Assembly: GCA_047495785.1 (NCBI GenBank)
Contig: JBLDXI010000024.1
Location: 930,001-994,000 of the forward strand
Length of the DNA: 64,000 nt
Direction: 5' to 3'
From: Lepidodermella squamata
Taxonomy: Eukaryota > Animalia > Gastrotricha
Position numbers and translations under genes: made by a program. The notes below the pieces were generated by a model. It worked only from the letters and a program-made list of their open reading frames with translations, did not search any database and was not told where the DNA came from. This document shows, piece after piece, positions 1-13,958 of this stretch (position 1 is the stretch's first letter; every line of letters begins with the position of its first letter).

Positions 1-698
1 ACCGATTTTCACTAGGGTTATTGTTTCCTAAAATACAAAACTGAGTAAAATTCGCCTTTCTGTCAAGTTACGACTACATTTCGTAGTCTATTTTTCTATT
101 TTATTTGAGCCACGCTTGAAACTAAAATTAGTTGAAGCGCGTGGGAGATATTTTTAGCCAGAGGGAACTCCTAAAACCGTGCGCCACATCAACATTTCAG
201 TTATAAATAATATTAGCGCGACCATGGTATGAAAAAATAGACGGGGACATGTCTCATAGATACAGTCGAATAAATTCAATTATATTGGCTGAAGTTGAAA
301 GAGGATGAAATTGATCCTTTCCTGATCATAAACGATTTGATGACGAACGAGATGAACGAATGTGCCGCTTGAAAAGTCGATGCCGTATTATCGCATTCAA
401 ATGGCAGCAAAAATTAGTCAATAAAAAAATAGACCCAATTTTCAAAGATAAAAATTGAGTTTTTCTAAAAAAAACCATCTCGAAAAATGTCCAGTCCTGT
501 GAACTAAATTTTCGAATGACGGTCGAAATAGGACCGAAAAATCTCGCAGATGTCAAACCCGCAGCTGGCCCCATATTTCTTGTCATAATTTCAGCTTTTT
601 TCCTAATAATGAAATGATTAGAGGCTGTCAACATTGAGATGGACGAAACTAGTGTGAAAATCGTAAACAGAGGTGAGCTACACGCAAATCGAAGATAA

Positions 699-738
699 GC
701 TACCATGGTTATTCATGAATAATGACATTGTTGTTTAC
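699..738 (+). promoter_or_regulatory. Candidate RFX X-box (GCTACCATGGTTAT, 699-712) plus forkhead/FOXJ1 site (TGTTTAC, 732-738)
   Basis: Degenerate X-box palindrome about 90 nt before the ATG. Similar motifs precede paralogue 2 (4132-4145) and paralogue 3 (7544-7557). Confidence 0.35.
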
Positions 739-795
739 AATCGAGTTCAATCGAGTTCTCACACTTGTTGAACTCATGCTCAGTAAAATTTAACC

Positions 796-3700
796 ATGCT
801 TCCAAGTATAAGAACACCGAGTTTCACGCCTAGCACCCCGCGGAGTAAAACCGCCATCACAACTAGTACCAGCAGCATTTCAATTCCAGTTGCTAGTACA
901 CGACATCCAACAGCTTTTCTGAAGTCACCTCGATCGGCCTATCCAACAAGTGGTTCAAATGCGTCTGTTGGAAGTTCCCGGGGAAAGCCACACAGAATCC
1001 TTGCTTTACCGGAAATTTCCGACATAGTTAGAATAGTGAAAAAAGTATAGAAATTTCATTCTTGACTACCAGATTTTTGTAATTTTGTTTCATAGCGAAA
1101 AGTCAAACCGAAATCGGCTGAAAAGCCCGTTATCAAGCTTCGCCTGCCGCTTAAACTTGTGGCGAGGATAATAATTTGGTTCCGACGAAAGGCGTTGTCT
1201 CACCATATCGGGTAGAAAAACTTTGTTCCTCTTATGAAGAAATATTCTCCTTATTTCATTATAGGAATCAAGAAACCGACGATAAATTATTTCCATTTTT
1301 GAAAGAGTTTTCATTTCTCGAAGTACGTAAAAAAGATGACGTGGTGTTTGACCGCGTTCATTACCGGGCGAATAAGGACTTTGTTGTGCTGAATAAGAAG
1401 ACACTACAATTGCTGGACAAAAAGCCAACCCTTCGGACTAAGGAAGACGCTCACTTCGTAAGCCAATTGATTCCAGCCGTTAGCAATTTTTTCATATTTT
1501 TCATAGCTATGCATGAGGCTTCGTCAATTGAGCACCTTTGCTGATTATCCAACCGTTGTACAAGAAAAACTTGCTCGATGTGCGATCTACCAAAAGTGCA
1601 TAATGCAACTATTTCCGATTAACTAATTTGTTCACGCTTTGATCCAGGTATGGTCCGAAGCGAGTAATATTACGTCAAGGGCACAAGCCGGCAGGTTTCT
1701 ACATCATCCTAACTGGATGTGGTAAATTTTCAATTGAGTCATCAATCATCTTTCAGCTGATTATTTCTGTCGCCAAGTCTTCGCCTTTTCTGTGAACTAC
1801 GAAACCAACTACGTTTTGCCAACGATGATTCTCGATCAAGGAGGGACGTTTGGGGTAAACATCTTTATTTCTTTGATGAAAGGATTATGATTTTTTTGCT
1901 TTCCAGGATTTCGAAATGCAGGAGAATATAAGGCGACAGGCAACGTGGGTCTCCGCAACTGACCTTGAGGTGCTGTGGATCACCGTCCAAGGTAGCTTTC
2001 ACGTCGATTTTTCCATTATTTCGATTAAATCGCTTTCTGTTTTCAAGACTACGCTGAGATATATCACCTTGGTAAATTGAATCTGGATTTTTCAATAACT
2101 GACAATTTCTTCGTTCCGAAGATAACATGAGCTTACTAGCGAACCCTGATGACGACGAAGATGAAGAGAAGGAAACGAAAATTCAACAATTTATCAAGTT
2201 TGGCTCAACTGAAATATTTAGTCTTGCTGAATATATTATTTTACAGGACCTTGCCCCACTTTGCCGGCTGGCCGGTTCACATTCTACCAAAGCACCAATC
2301 AAAATTCGCTTATCGACTCTACAACAGGCATGACATTGTCGAAGCTCATACGAACAAGTCAACCATGCTCTACTTTGTTATGGCTGTAAATCAACAAAAC
2401 CTTAATATCCCTTAATCTACTTTAATTTTTAACACAGGGTAGTATTTCGGTGGTTAAACGGCTGTTACGCCCCGAACCAACTGAGTTTCATCACAGCAAT
2501 GCTATTTACATTGGCGGTTCTCGACGGGGTATGCTTCGTCAAAAGATCGCTAAACAGCTTGAGGTATTCGAGCCGTGGATGGAAGACACGTATCAGCAGC
2601 TCAAAATTATCTATAAAATCGGCCAAGAACAACAGGAGATGGCCGTACCAAAAGCTTCAACTCAGCGGACAATTAATCGACTTTTGAACCCTCCTGATGA
2701 GGTTGAGGAAGAGGAAGTCGTAGTTCCGCAGAAGGAACCGACAATGTTGAGCAGCTACCGATCAAAGTCAAGGTCGAGTAAATCAAGCCGGCGACAGCTA
2801 TCGAGCAGAATTCGGAGTGCAGCAGCTGATGGAGAAAACGAGACGATTTTCGACGAAGAAGATGACCTGTTTCCTATGTCCAGCGAATCGACTTCTCGCG
2901 CTACGACGACACCGAAAAGCACAGCTTCTGGCAGATTGAGAAAAATTTCGAAGGACATTGCTCTTTATCAGGGGTTTCTTGTTAACGTTCAAACGTCAAA
3001 AACAGTGAAGCGAGCTTCGGTTGTTGTCCCGCCGAGGCAAGGTCGCCGGCAAAGTGTGATGCCGATTCGGGCCGGCTCTGGTCTAGGATTGATGGAGGAC
3101 AAGCCAGCGAAAATCCTGTCGTTTATTGAAGACGAGCAAGAACCTGGCGACGAGCCATTAATAAGTCGTCAAGAGCGTTTGTCTAGTTTCCAACAAAGTA
3201 GACAACCCCTAGCTAGCGTTGCTTTCTTTGAAACTGAAACTGATGGCATAGAGTGGTTGTCGCTGCAGGGTCTACGTTTGGTCAGGAGCAGGCAGCCTAT
3301 TGACGAAAAGGCATTGCAAAAAATTGAGGAAGCTAACGCGGCTCCGGCTACTAATTTCAGTATTCGAAAACGCCATGCTCATATTTTGATCGAGGTCATC
3401 GAACGCGGACACTTCTTCGTAAGATTTTTCCTAAATTTACGGCTCCAGCTTCAAATTTCCCCATGGAGTTTTCGAGTTTTAGGACTTCTCTAGAATCTGA
3501 ATTTTTTATCATCCTTAATAACCGATTAGAACTTGAGCCCATAGATATCGATTCCAATTATCGATTTTTCAGATTCGTGATTTTCCGATATCAGGGGTCA
3601 TAGAACTGATAGCTGATATAAAGATTCCCAGGGTCTCATAGGGGCATCAGTAGGGATCGAAAATCAAATCCAATCGAAAATAATTAAGCTAGGGTTGGAG

Positions 3701-4092
3701 CCTCGATGTTAATGGTTCGAATATTTATACAAATTTTTATGAATAAATTAATTACTTTTTATTTTTATTGTAAGGGGCTGGCCTCAAATTTTCATTCACG
3801 TCAACCTGACTGCATGCTTGTCGCCCAAACTGGAGCCGAAGTACTGATTATGGACCGCGATTTTTACTACGCGAACTGCCCGCAGAAACTCCGAGTAGAA
3901 CTTGAAGCTAAATTGGTCGGTTTTTACCAAGATTGATCCAAGATGTTTTGAATTTTTTCCTTTTATAAGGTAAATGGATATCCGACAGAGAATGAGCTTC
4001 GAAATTCGCTCCAGCATTACATCAACTGGGATGAGTACAAAAAGGAAGTATTGGCAAACGAACTCCAGAAAAGAAAGACTCGCAACGTTTGA
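796..4092 (+). CDS. Cyclic nucleotide-binding domain protein, CNBD2-like, paralogue 1 (multi-exon)
   Basis: Exons joined by short GT-AG introns encode YGPKRVILRQGHKPAGFYIIL (cNMP-binding beta-roll), a second CNB-like region (WPVHIL...), a GGSRRG motif and C-terminal GYP...LQHYINWDEYKK, matching the CNBD2 family layout. Stop TGA at 4090-4092. Confidence 0.75.
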
Positions 4093-4254
4093 GTGACAGC
4101 AAAAATTTCACACGGACTGCACTGCCGTGACAACGCTATGGTAATATCGCCTTTGCGTGTTGCGCGAAAAATAAAAAAAATTAAAGCTTGAAATTATTGC
4201 TGCACTGAAAGACCAGTGCAGGTAGATTTTTTTCAATTTCGCGGTTATTTTAAA

Positions 4255-7200
4255 ATGAGTTCGGTCAAGCTACCGAAGCTTGTTCACTCTTATAGCCTAC
4301 CTTCACAAAAGGCAGCGCCGAAAGCTGTTTCCTTCTGGCTAAATAAGCCAGTCTCGCTTGATTCATCAAGCAACAATAGTTACACTTCCAATTATCCGAA
4401 CAGCACCCGATCTTCGAACTTGGAAACATTCAGCCTATCCTCGCTATCCGAACCAGTCAGGCATAAAAAGGTTCTTTCCTCGCAGAACGACTATTACTTT
4501 TTATTGGATTTATCATTTGCTCAGCGCTTGAAAAAAATGTCCATCAGCAAGAAAAAACCGGTGACATTAAGGTACCATTTAAGAACCCTGGCTCAATTGG
4601 CGATTTGGTTAAGGCGGAAGATATCTTCAACAACTGAATAGTAAAGATTCCCTGCATTAATATAACCAAACACTATAATGTTTCTTGTATAGTAATCTCG
4701 AGCGAGTTCTGCCTCCGATATTCAGCCAATTTCCGTTCATCGATGAGCAGTATCGCGATAACGACGTCGTGTTTAACAAGTCACATTTCAAGTGTGATCG
4801 AGACTATATTGTCCTAAATAGGAACGTCCTGGGGATCTTGTACAAAGTTCCGAACCTTCGCACCGATGAAGACGCTCGACATGTCAGATTTCTGAATGTT
4901 TGACTTCAAGCTCTTGCAAAAATCTGTTCTATTTCAGCTGTGTATTGCCCTCAGGCAGCTCCGAACCTTCGCCAGCTATCCTAATAGTATGAAAAATTCT
5001 ATAAAATGTCCACAAAGCCATAAAATAATAATAATAATTCATTCCAGTTGTTCAGGAAAAATTGGCAAAAAGCGTCATTTATCAAAAGTAAAATTCAACA
5101 ATTTAAATCTTGATTCAAGTTCCCCTTGTCCTTATTAGGTTTGAACAGAGGCGAGTGATTTTGAAGCAAGGACACAGGCCAGCTGGTTTTTACATTATTC
5201 TCAAAGGAAAAGGTTGGTTAGCTTTTCATCCAAGTTCTTTTCAAATTTAACATTTGTTCAGTTCTTTCGTTTTCAATCGTAAATTACGAAACGAACCAGG
5301 CTGTTCCGACGAATATGTTGGATCAGGGGGCAACCTTCGGGGTAAGATTCCTTTAAATCCAAATAAAAACTTAACCATCTGTCCCAACTAAAAAGGACCG
5401 AGAAATGTTGGAAAATCTGCCTCGAACAGCTTATTGGGTTTCGATGACAAAGCTGGAACTTCTGTGGATAAACTCCCAAGGTAATATTGTATTTCAACTT
5501 GTCGAAATTTACTTGAAATTCGAACCTATGTACCTAATAGACTATGCCAAAATTTATCATTCAGGTGGCGTTTCTTATGGGATTTTTAATGTTGTCACTG
5601 TCACTATCACAAATGGTCCATAGAATTCAATTTTACGTAAACTATTCACGATTTGTTTTCAGAGGAAATGGGTAAGGTGATGCTAGAAGATGACGATAAT
5701 AGCGCCACTCCCTCGACTATCAGTCCATTACACAATATGCATCCTTTCATCAGGTAGTAAAAATGTCTTTGAATAGTCAAATTTTACAAACTATACAATA
5801 GTTCTTTGCCTCATTTCGAACATTGGCCAATGGAGCTTTTGCTATCGCATCAAGGAATGCATTCATATCAGATTTACAATCGCGACGAGGTCCTTGTTAC
5901 AAACACAAAGTCTTGCCGTTCGGTTTTCTTCGTAGTATCCGTATGTTCGGAATTTTCAAAATTTAAGAAATTTTTATTTCCGGTAAAAAAAATCAGGGTT
6001 CTATTTCGGTTATCAAGCGACTACCGTTGCCAAAAACATCCCGAGGAATGGTCGAAATGTACGTCGGGGGATCTAGGCGTGGTTTGGTCAACCCGAAAAT
6101 CGCTAGAAAACTCGGGGCCTACAACCTCAAAGTCGCTGAAGCGTATAATCGCATCTCCTTGGCTTACGACATTCAAGCAGATCGGCAGAAATTATCCACG
6201 AAAGAGCACATCAACAGACTTCTGAATCTGCAAATGCCACTGAAATCTACTACAACATTCCCGGTGATCGAGAAATCTTCGCTGAGAAATCCATCAACTG
6301 CGATGAAAAGACAGGCATCGAGGGTCGGGTTTAAAAGTCAAGCTTCAGTGATAACAGAAGACGGAGATGTGATACTTCAGAACTTGCCATCCCTTCCGTC
6401 TACCCCCAAGCCGAAACAGCTGACTCTGCGACGAATAACTAGAGAAATGGCAATGTACCAAGGTTACCTGCTATCGCAGCAGTTGAAAGCAGCTGTTGGC
6501 CCACTTGACGATGTACCTGTACCTCAATTCGACGGAGAGGCACCGCCAGGCGATTTTAAGGCGCGAAATATTCTTCGGAAAATTGACCAAAACAAACAAG
6601 CCGCTTCTCAGCCGAGAAGAGCCTCACTTTTGCCCCCTATCGCAGCGGCTCGTCGCGGGAATGATACCGTAATTTCTACGAATTTCATGGCAGATAGGCC
6701 ATCGGTGTTAGCAGCGATAAATGACGAGAGTGGCAGCGATCGGCCCTCCTTAACAGAATCCTCAATTGTTAGCGAAGAAGACTCGCTAGAGGCGAAAAGT
6801 CGCTTCACTCTCGTGCCTTCAGACGAAGGCAGTGGCGGAAACAGTGATGGAGACGAAGATATTGATGTGGGGAGTGAAGTCGAAAATGAGTATGATGATG
6901 AGGCCGACGACCAAGTTCTGGAACTTATCGAGAAAATTAACGCCGAACTGCCGAAGGAAATTCATTTACGAAAATCTCTGCGATCTCCCCCTCCGAACGA
7001 ATGGCTCGAGAAAAAAGGCGTTAAAATTGTTGAATCGCGATTGCCTTTCGATCCGCAAGCTTTCGAAGACAAGGACGGGACGGCTTTTTCGAAAATTGAG
7101 GAGGACTTTGAGTTTCAGCACGGCAAAGTTGTTGATATTCTCATTGAAACGATTCAACCCGGTGGTTTCGTGGTAATTTTGTTTTTTTTAATGAACCTTT

Positions 7201-7524
7201 GACCTTTTATTTCTGAATTTTGAAGGGGTTGGCCGAAAAATTACACGGCAAGCAACCCGACTGCATGTACCTAAGCAAAACTGGAGCTGAGGTTTTTGTA
7301 ATTGATCGAGATTTTTACTACGACAATGCTCCGAATTCTGTGCGCATCAACTTACAAACAAAACTGGTATTTCGCCCTCAAAAAATCGATATTCCTGATG
7401 TAATTTTATATTCAATTTCTAGGTCAATGGATATCCAAGCGATCGAGACCTGTTGAACAACCTGCAGCACTACGTCGATTGGCAAAAGTATAAGAAAGAG
7501 CTGATGAAGGAGCTGACACAATAA
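4255..7524 (+). CDS. CNBD2-like paralogue 2 (multi-exon)
   Basis: Same motifs and exon layout as paralogue 1: RRVILKQGHRPAGFYIIL, YVGGSRRG, QPDCMYLSKTGAEVFVIDRDFYY, GYPSDRDLLNNLQHYVDWQKYKK. Stop TAA at 7522-7524. Confidence 0.75.
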
Positions 7525-7790
7525 TAAAAACCCGTGTGATATAGTTACCATGATTGCATCGCGAAAAAAATGAATAGCGTTTATTTGATCAATACGCACG
7601 CTCGAGTTTGAAATCGATTTAATATACACTACACCCATTGTACTGAAAGCAGCATCCCTAAATGGAACCTGGCGTTGCTTGGAAGCGGGGAATGGTAGTC
7701 GGGTAGAGCGCGTGGCGTAGAACAACAATTATAAGACACCTATAGTAGTTGGCTTATTTTGACTTCAATTATCTGCTATAAGCTCATGGG

Positions 7791-10702
7791 ATGACAGAGC
7801 TAAAGGTGAAAAAGAGGGTCCGGATCGCTCCGGATCAATCTGATGGTCTCGCCACCAGCAAGTACCTACCGAGCATTATTTCTCTGATGCCGCTCGATCA
7901 CAAGTTCCACCGGCAAGAGATTATGAAAATGGTCGCCAGATCCGGGCTGCCGGCCAAACTTCGATTGATCGCAGCAGAGAATCAAAGCTTCGAAAGCGAG
8001 TTCGGCACTGGGCAGGTACATGACGTTTAATAAGTAATTAATCCAATAAAACTGTATATCAGTGCGTGCATAAAAAATTCCGAGATGCCGAATTAGGCTC
8101 GCACCTTCATCTCATAATATCGCCAATCTAAATAATTAAGGCGCACTTAATATATATGGCGTTTTTGTTTAATGGGAGATATTTACGACAATTTTTTTAT
8201 TCGATTGAAACATGGACTACAGAACCCTAAGTAATAAAGAAGCGTTACCCAAAACGCTTCTTACAACCACGTTTAGTGACTTGGAACGGCGTAAGTCTCT
8301 GAACATTGAGCAAGGCCTCGCGAATTCGTATGAAGCCTTGGTTTGATAATTTCCAAGTAATAATTGCCTGTTTTACACGAGATTTTGAATTTACAGGCGA
8401 AATATCGACGGAAATCTTTGGCAGCTATTAATTTTACGAACAAGGATCGATCGAAGCCGCTGATGAGTTTCTACAGACTCGTCAAGTTCATAATAGTCTG
8501 CGCCCGAACTGCCAACAGAGTCAAATTGGAGTAAGGATGCCAATTCGATGATAGTTTGAGGTTAATTAATTCAATTTTTTAGAAATCGAGAATTCGATGG
8601 AGAAATGAGGCCCTACATCAAGGCATTCGCTACCGTAGATATCAGAGACCAGCCTGATGATGGCATAGTTTTCCAACGATCGAAATTCAAAGCGAATAAG
8701 GAACTTCTCGTGCTGCCATCGAAGGCCTTGAAAATATTACGATCTCGCTTCCGAACCGATGCCGAGGCGCAATTTCTCGCTAGGCGGATTCGCGTTCTTC
8801 GCAAATTCGATGAATATCCAGAGTCGATACAGGAGAAACTTGCGCATAAACTTGTCTATCAGCAGTATGGCAAGAAGCGAATCATACTCCGTGAAGGCCA
8901 CCGACCTGAAGGCTTCTATTTTGTTGTCAGTGTTGAGGTGGCCTTGACCTTGGACACGGATGGTGGTTACGTCGCGAGGCCATCATTTGCAGTTGGTCAA
9001 GGCGATATTTTCGGGGTAAATTGAAAATCGAGCATTTTTTCTTCAAATTTATTTTTTTTAATTTAGGAAGCTGCGCTGATACAAGGAACTGAAAGACCTA
9101 GAACCTGGATATCTCAAACACCGATTAGCCTTCTTTATCTTCGAAAAGAGGTTTACAAATTCAAGAAAATTTCTTTCTCATCAACCATCTCCCTTGTTTA
9201 TATTAGGATTATTTTACGATTTTTAACATCACGACTAGTTTAAGGACACCTCAAGCCGATGATGCTGTGGAATCGTCGAAACTCGAAGAATTTCTTGCTT
9301 CGACGCGTTGGTTCCGCGACTGGCCGTTGAGCGTCATGCACACAAATCGAACGAAGCATCAGGTCCGAATGTTTAGGAAACATTCAGTTATAGACGAGCA
9401 TGTCAACTCATCGCCTTGGATATACGTTGTTATCTCGGTTGGTATGAAACACCCTGGTTTTACAATTTCGATTTATATCTCAAATTTCCAGGGTTCGATT
9501 TCTGTTATGAAAAAGCTTACTAAAACGAAGCCGAAAAATTTTGACGACGAACGCGATTTATTCGTTATAGGTAATCATTTTATTTAAATTAATCAAAATA
9601 ATTTTCAATATTATATTTTTAAGGCGGAAGTCGTCGAGGATTGATTAAGCAAGACTACGCTCGCCAACTGGGTGTGCACGAAGAGTGGTTCGATCGGCTC
9701 TATCTCGAATTCGAAAGTTTCCGCGAGAAAGAAGCGATGCGGCTGAGTCTTCGTCAGCAAAACATTCCGCTGACTAAACTCGATGAAATTTCGCTTTCAA
9801 AGCAAAATACTACGATGTCGCTGGCGAGCCGGCGTGGTAGCATAAAGCCGATTAGTCGGAATAACACCAAGGGCCAGGTTATATTGGAAGACCCTGAAGA
9901 AGAGCAGCCTGTGCAACGCGGTCCAACCATTGGCCAGCATAGCTTGAAAATGATGTTAGACATGTTCGGAAAGGGCGTAAACAAGTTGCCGCCTATCGTC
10001 AGCCAAGATCATCAGCAGCCGAATTCACGCCACGTAACGCTCGACCGAAATGACACGCAAGAATTTTTCATCGAATCGCGGAACAGCGGCATGATGAGTA
10101 GAGAAATTTCGTCGTCATTCATCGCGCAATCTCGCTCGGCTACTTTTATGATTACCAACGTCGAATTCGATGTTTCTAGCTCGGTCAACTCGTCTTCCTC
10201 CCACGACAGCTACGACACTCAAACCCATCACAATCAACATCATCATAAAGAAGAAGAGACGGTGACAATAATTATCGAAACCCTGGAGCGTGGGCAGTTA
10301 TTTGTTAGTTAAATTTTGAATCGCATTCCCGTTTTAAGGTGGAATAATTATAATTTTTAGGGTGGGGGCCATTTAGTCCATGAAAATCAACCCGACGTCA
10401 TGTTGGTAACAACGAATGGAGCCGAGCTATTCATGATTGACAAGGATTTATACAAAAATAATGCTTCCGACAAACTTCTGACCGATATGGTCAAAGAGGT
10501 AAGTCGTCAGAATTATATTACTAATGACGGTCTATTTAAATCTTCAAATATTTATCAGATAAGCCCGTACCCTAGCGACCAACAGTTGCAGTACAAGTTG
10601 AATACGTTCATCGATTGGGAGCGTTATCGCCTCAAGCTAATTCAAGACGTGGTTTCTCTGAAAAAAGCACCTGTAGTATTACCGAAAATTCAATCAAAAT
10701 GA
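7791..10702 (+). CDS. CNBD2-like paralogue 3, with two candidate first exons (7791-8015 or 8212-8340)
   Basis: YGKKRIILREGHRPEGFYFVV, WFRDWPLS, GGSRRG, PYPSDQQLQYKLNTFIDWERYR. Both candidate first exons end in phase 0 and fit the acceptor before 8397. Confidence 0.75.
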
Positions 10703-10734
10703 ACTGAGAATAAAATGTCGAACATTGCGAGCCA

Positions 10735-10816
10735 GGTTGGCTTTTGATTGTGCTCAAAGCGCCGCTTTTCGTTCGGAAATTTCTAGGGCACTCCGAGCTT
10801 CAATCAAAAACCCGCC
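10735..10816 (-). ncRNA. mir-315: microRNA precursor mir-315
   Basis: The minus-strand 5p arm UUUUGAUUGAAGCUCGGAGUGCC (10809-10787) aligns without gaps to the conserved miR-315 (UUUUGAUUGUUGCUCAGAAAGCC). It pairs almost fully with the 3p arm GGCGCUUUGAGCACAAUCAAAAG, using G-U pairs that exist only on the minus strand. Confidence 0.85.
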
Positions 10817-11745
10817 ATGACTGCGTTGAAGAAAGCTGAAAAACTGATCATTAAATGAAAAAATCACAAGTTATGTATTCATCGTAAACTCGAGCGACTG
10901 AGGCGGCGCATCGAGACATGGCGATATAAATAGTCGGCCCAGGTAGCGACTTCACCTATTGCTGTTCACGCTAGCGCAAAATTACATTATTACGAGGTTA
11001 TTGTTACACGCGGCAAGGGGCAGGAGGACAAAACAAAACAACTTTTAGCTGTATAATATATGTGCTAACTAGGGCGTGGCGATGTGTTTAAAATGGCGGT
11101 GTGTGGTTGATGAAAATCGAATTTGGCCGCGAATGCTCGCATCGCCGATCATCATTTTCATCAACACCACGAGCTTTGATTTTAATTAGCTTCGAATTTT
11201 ACTTATATCGCAGTTAGGCAGGCCCGTGAAATTCGAACGAACGAACGAACGACTGGGCGAGACGGCGGCGCGATGCGATGACGTTGATGAAGGTGGATCA
11301 GGAGTGAGCGCGCGTGCGCGAAATTATTTGCGATTGAGTGTGTGTGATTACAGTATTTTTCGAAAAATAAATACGCCGGCAATAGCAAACAACGCCATTA
11401 GCAGTTCGCGTATAGGCCAACAAATTGCAATAATAACAAATTCGTAATCGGAAAATAAATAGCCGGCGCTCTTCCCTTATTTTCGCCGATCTACCAACGG
11501 GACAAATTGTCGCGGCCGGCCTGAGCGCGCTCAGGAAGCGAAAAACGTTACTTAGCACCACTCATCGACATCTTCTGAGTCCATTTTATACTATTTGCGC
11601 GCACGAAACACGTGTGCTGTGCCGGCGTTAATAATAATGTGAAATAAACGCTAAATATTATAAAATAATGCGAATTGATAGGAAGCTATCATCAATTGTT
11701 GTAATGTTTTTGCTTCATCGCCGTGATGTTTGTAAATCGAGCGCC

Positions 11746-11787
11746 GACGACGACGACGACGACGATGATGATGATGATGATGATGAC
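11746..11787. repeat. (GAC)n(GAT)n compound trinucleotide microsatellite
   Basis: Directly visible in the sequence. Confidence 0.9.
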
Positions 11788-13958
11788 GGGGCTACGGCGG
11801 CGGAAAAGCGGCGACATGAGAACACGGCGCGCGCGCGAAATCGAAAAACGCGAGCGAGCGCCCAGTGCGCGCAAAATTAGACGCGCTATGCCCCAGCGCC
11901 TCCATTATTGTTGCTTCGCAAAGCCGTGAAAAATTAAAATCGATTAGTCACACGCGCGCGCAACGGTACCTATGAAAATTTGCGTTGAGGTCTATTTAAA
12001 AATTACTCGGAGAAAGCGCGATAAAAATTTTCGCTAATAACGTTCGAAGACCAAAACAAAAATATTAGAACTGGCGAAAATGTGAGAAGTGATGAATTTT
12101 CGGGCGACACGCGCCCCTTATAAACACGCACCGGTCACACAACACTGCGCAACGCGTGAAGCCGATTGTGCGATGATGCGATATTTATTGGAAGTTGCGC
12201 AAAGCCCAACGCCCCTTTCTCGCGCATTTATAAGGTGCGAAATAAGATAGTAATTACGCGCGCGCATCGCCCCGGGCCCGCCGCGCCTCGTTATTAACGC
12301 AGAAATATAGAGAGCGGGGCCCTGCGGGTAGTCAATAATCGGCTCACCTTCGAGAGGCCACTTTCTCACAAGACAATAATTAGGACCGGTAGACGGGTTT
12401 TATCCGGCAATCGCGCTCCCACTGCGCGCGTTAACGAGTTTTCGGTCGGCGCGACGACATTTCAAAGAGGAAAAAATGTTGTAAATGCTGACGTGTCGGC
12501 GACACGACGGTTGTTGTGGAACGAGACGCGGCTTTATTTCAATAAACACCGGGCAGTTATTACTGTATTTATCGCTGACAAGTTTGTTCAAGCGAGTCGC
12601 GCGCGGCTTCACACGATGACAACAATAATAGCAGCAATATTACAAAATAAGCACAAAGTTCGCTGTTGCTTAGGTGAACGAACGAGCGAGCGAGAACAGG
12701 CGAGTGCGAACAAAAGCGGGCTTCTGCGTCGTTGGACGTTTGTTTTTACAGCGTTGACGTTTGTTGATATAATTTGACGCTATTGAGTGCGTTCGGCCGC
12801 GCAAGATTTTGATACACCCAATGGCTATTGTTTAGCCGCTAATACCCCGGGTGTAACAACAATCGCCCGAGCACGTACCAGCGAAATCAACGGTCGAGAC
12901 ATGACGCTTGAAGTTCAACAAAATGTTCACCGAAAAATAAAGAAATAATTACTAACAGAGATCGCGGCTAATATACATCACGCGTGCACAGGCAAATAGT
13001 TTTTTTGGTCAAGTGACAATATGCCTTAATGTGACGAAAATAATAGACATAGCGAATTCAAGGGTTAAAATATTCATTGAAGGCTTGAAAAAATGTTGTT
13101 AAACTCGCAATTAAAGCCACCAGCTATATCGCGCCGACATCTACGAGCGCAGCAAGATTTTTTCAAACAAACCGCTTGTTAAGGCAGCAAAAGAGTATTT
13201 AAATTAATCCCGACAATGCGACCCGTCCATCTCACCTCGTATATTACAACGGCTGTGTTATTAAAATTGTTTCTTGTTATTAAAACATTTATAAGATTTT
13301 GACGAGCGACAAGATGCACGTATCTGTTGTAATAGCAACAAGATTTTAATAGCCGCTATAAGTGGTTACACGGGTTGCAACTTGAATTTTTTTGTTAAAT
13401 GCCAAGTTTCTTATCGCTAGATGCGAAAAACACACACATCTTATAAAAATTATTACGGTGAAAAATAATAAACGCGTGTGTGTTGTTCAGCCTCCTACAC
13501 TACTACAACTACTCAGGTACACGTGTATTATTCGAAAAAAATCTCAGCGCCCGCAACGTCGAGAAATTCGTGTACTTGAATATTAGTTTTTTCAGAGGTG
13601 GCTTGCCACCACAATTTGTTATAATATTTACACATTTCTATTACTCTCATTTGGATAATGACGAATGCAGGTGAGAACAAAACTCATTAGCTTCTTCTGG
13701 TTCCGCAACTTAATTTCAAATTATTTTGCCGATTTTTCTTTCACGCCTCGATTGAAAAACAACATTTTTCCAGTGCGTTACTTTATTTTTCTCCTCGAGG
13801 TTATTTGTGAAACAATAAGAAGTCAGACTAAAAGACAGCGGTGCAGTTTTGATCGTTCCCGAAAAAAAACGTATGTAGAAAAAATTAATCAACGAGTACC
13901 GAAAGTTTAATACAGTTTATCACATCGATTTTAAATCAGAATCGTATTGCAACGATCT

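Noticed and set aside
12680-12770. miR-375-like seed on the minus strand
   Set aside because: No complementary arm forming a precursor.
11203-13910. Short ORFs in the mir-315 upstream block, and antisense ORFs overlapping real exons elsewhere
   Set aside because: Low-complexity or shadow frames with no homology or exon structure.
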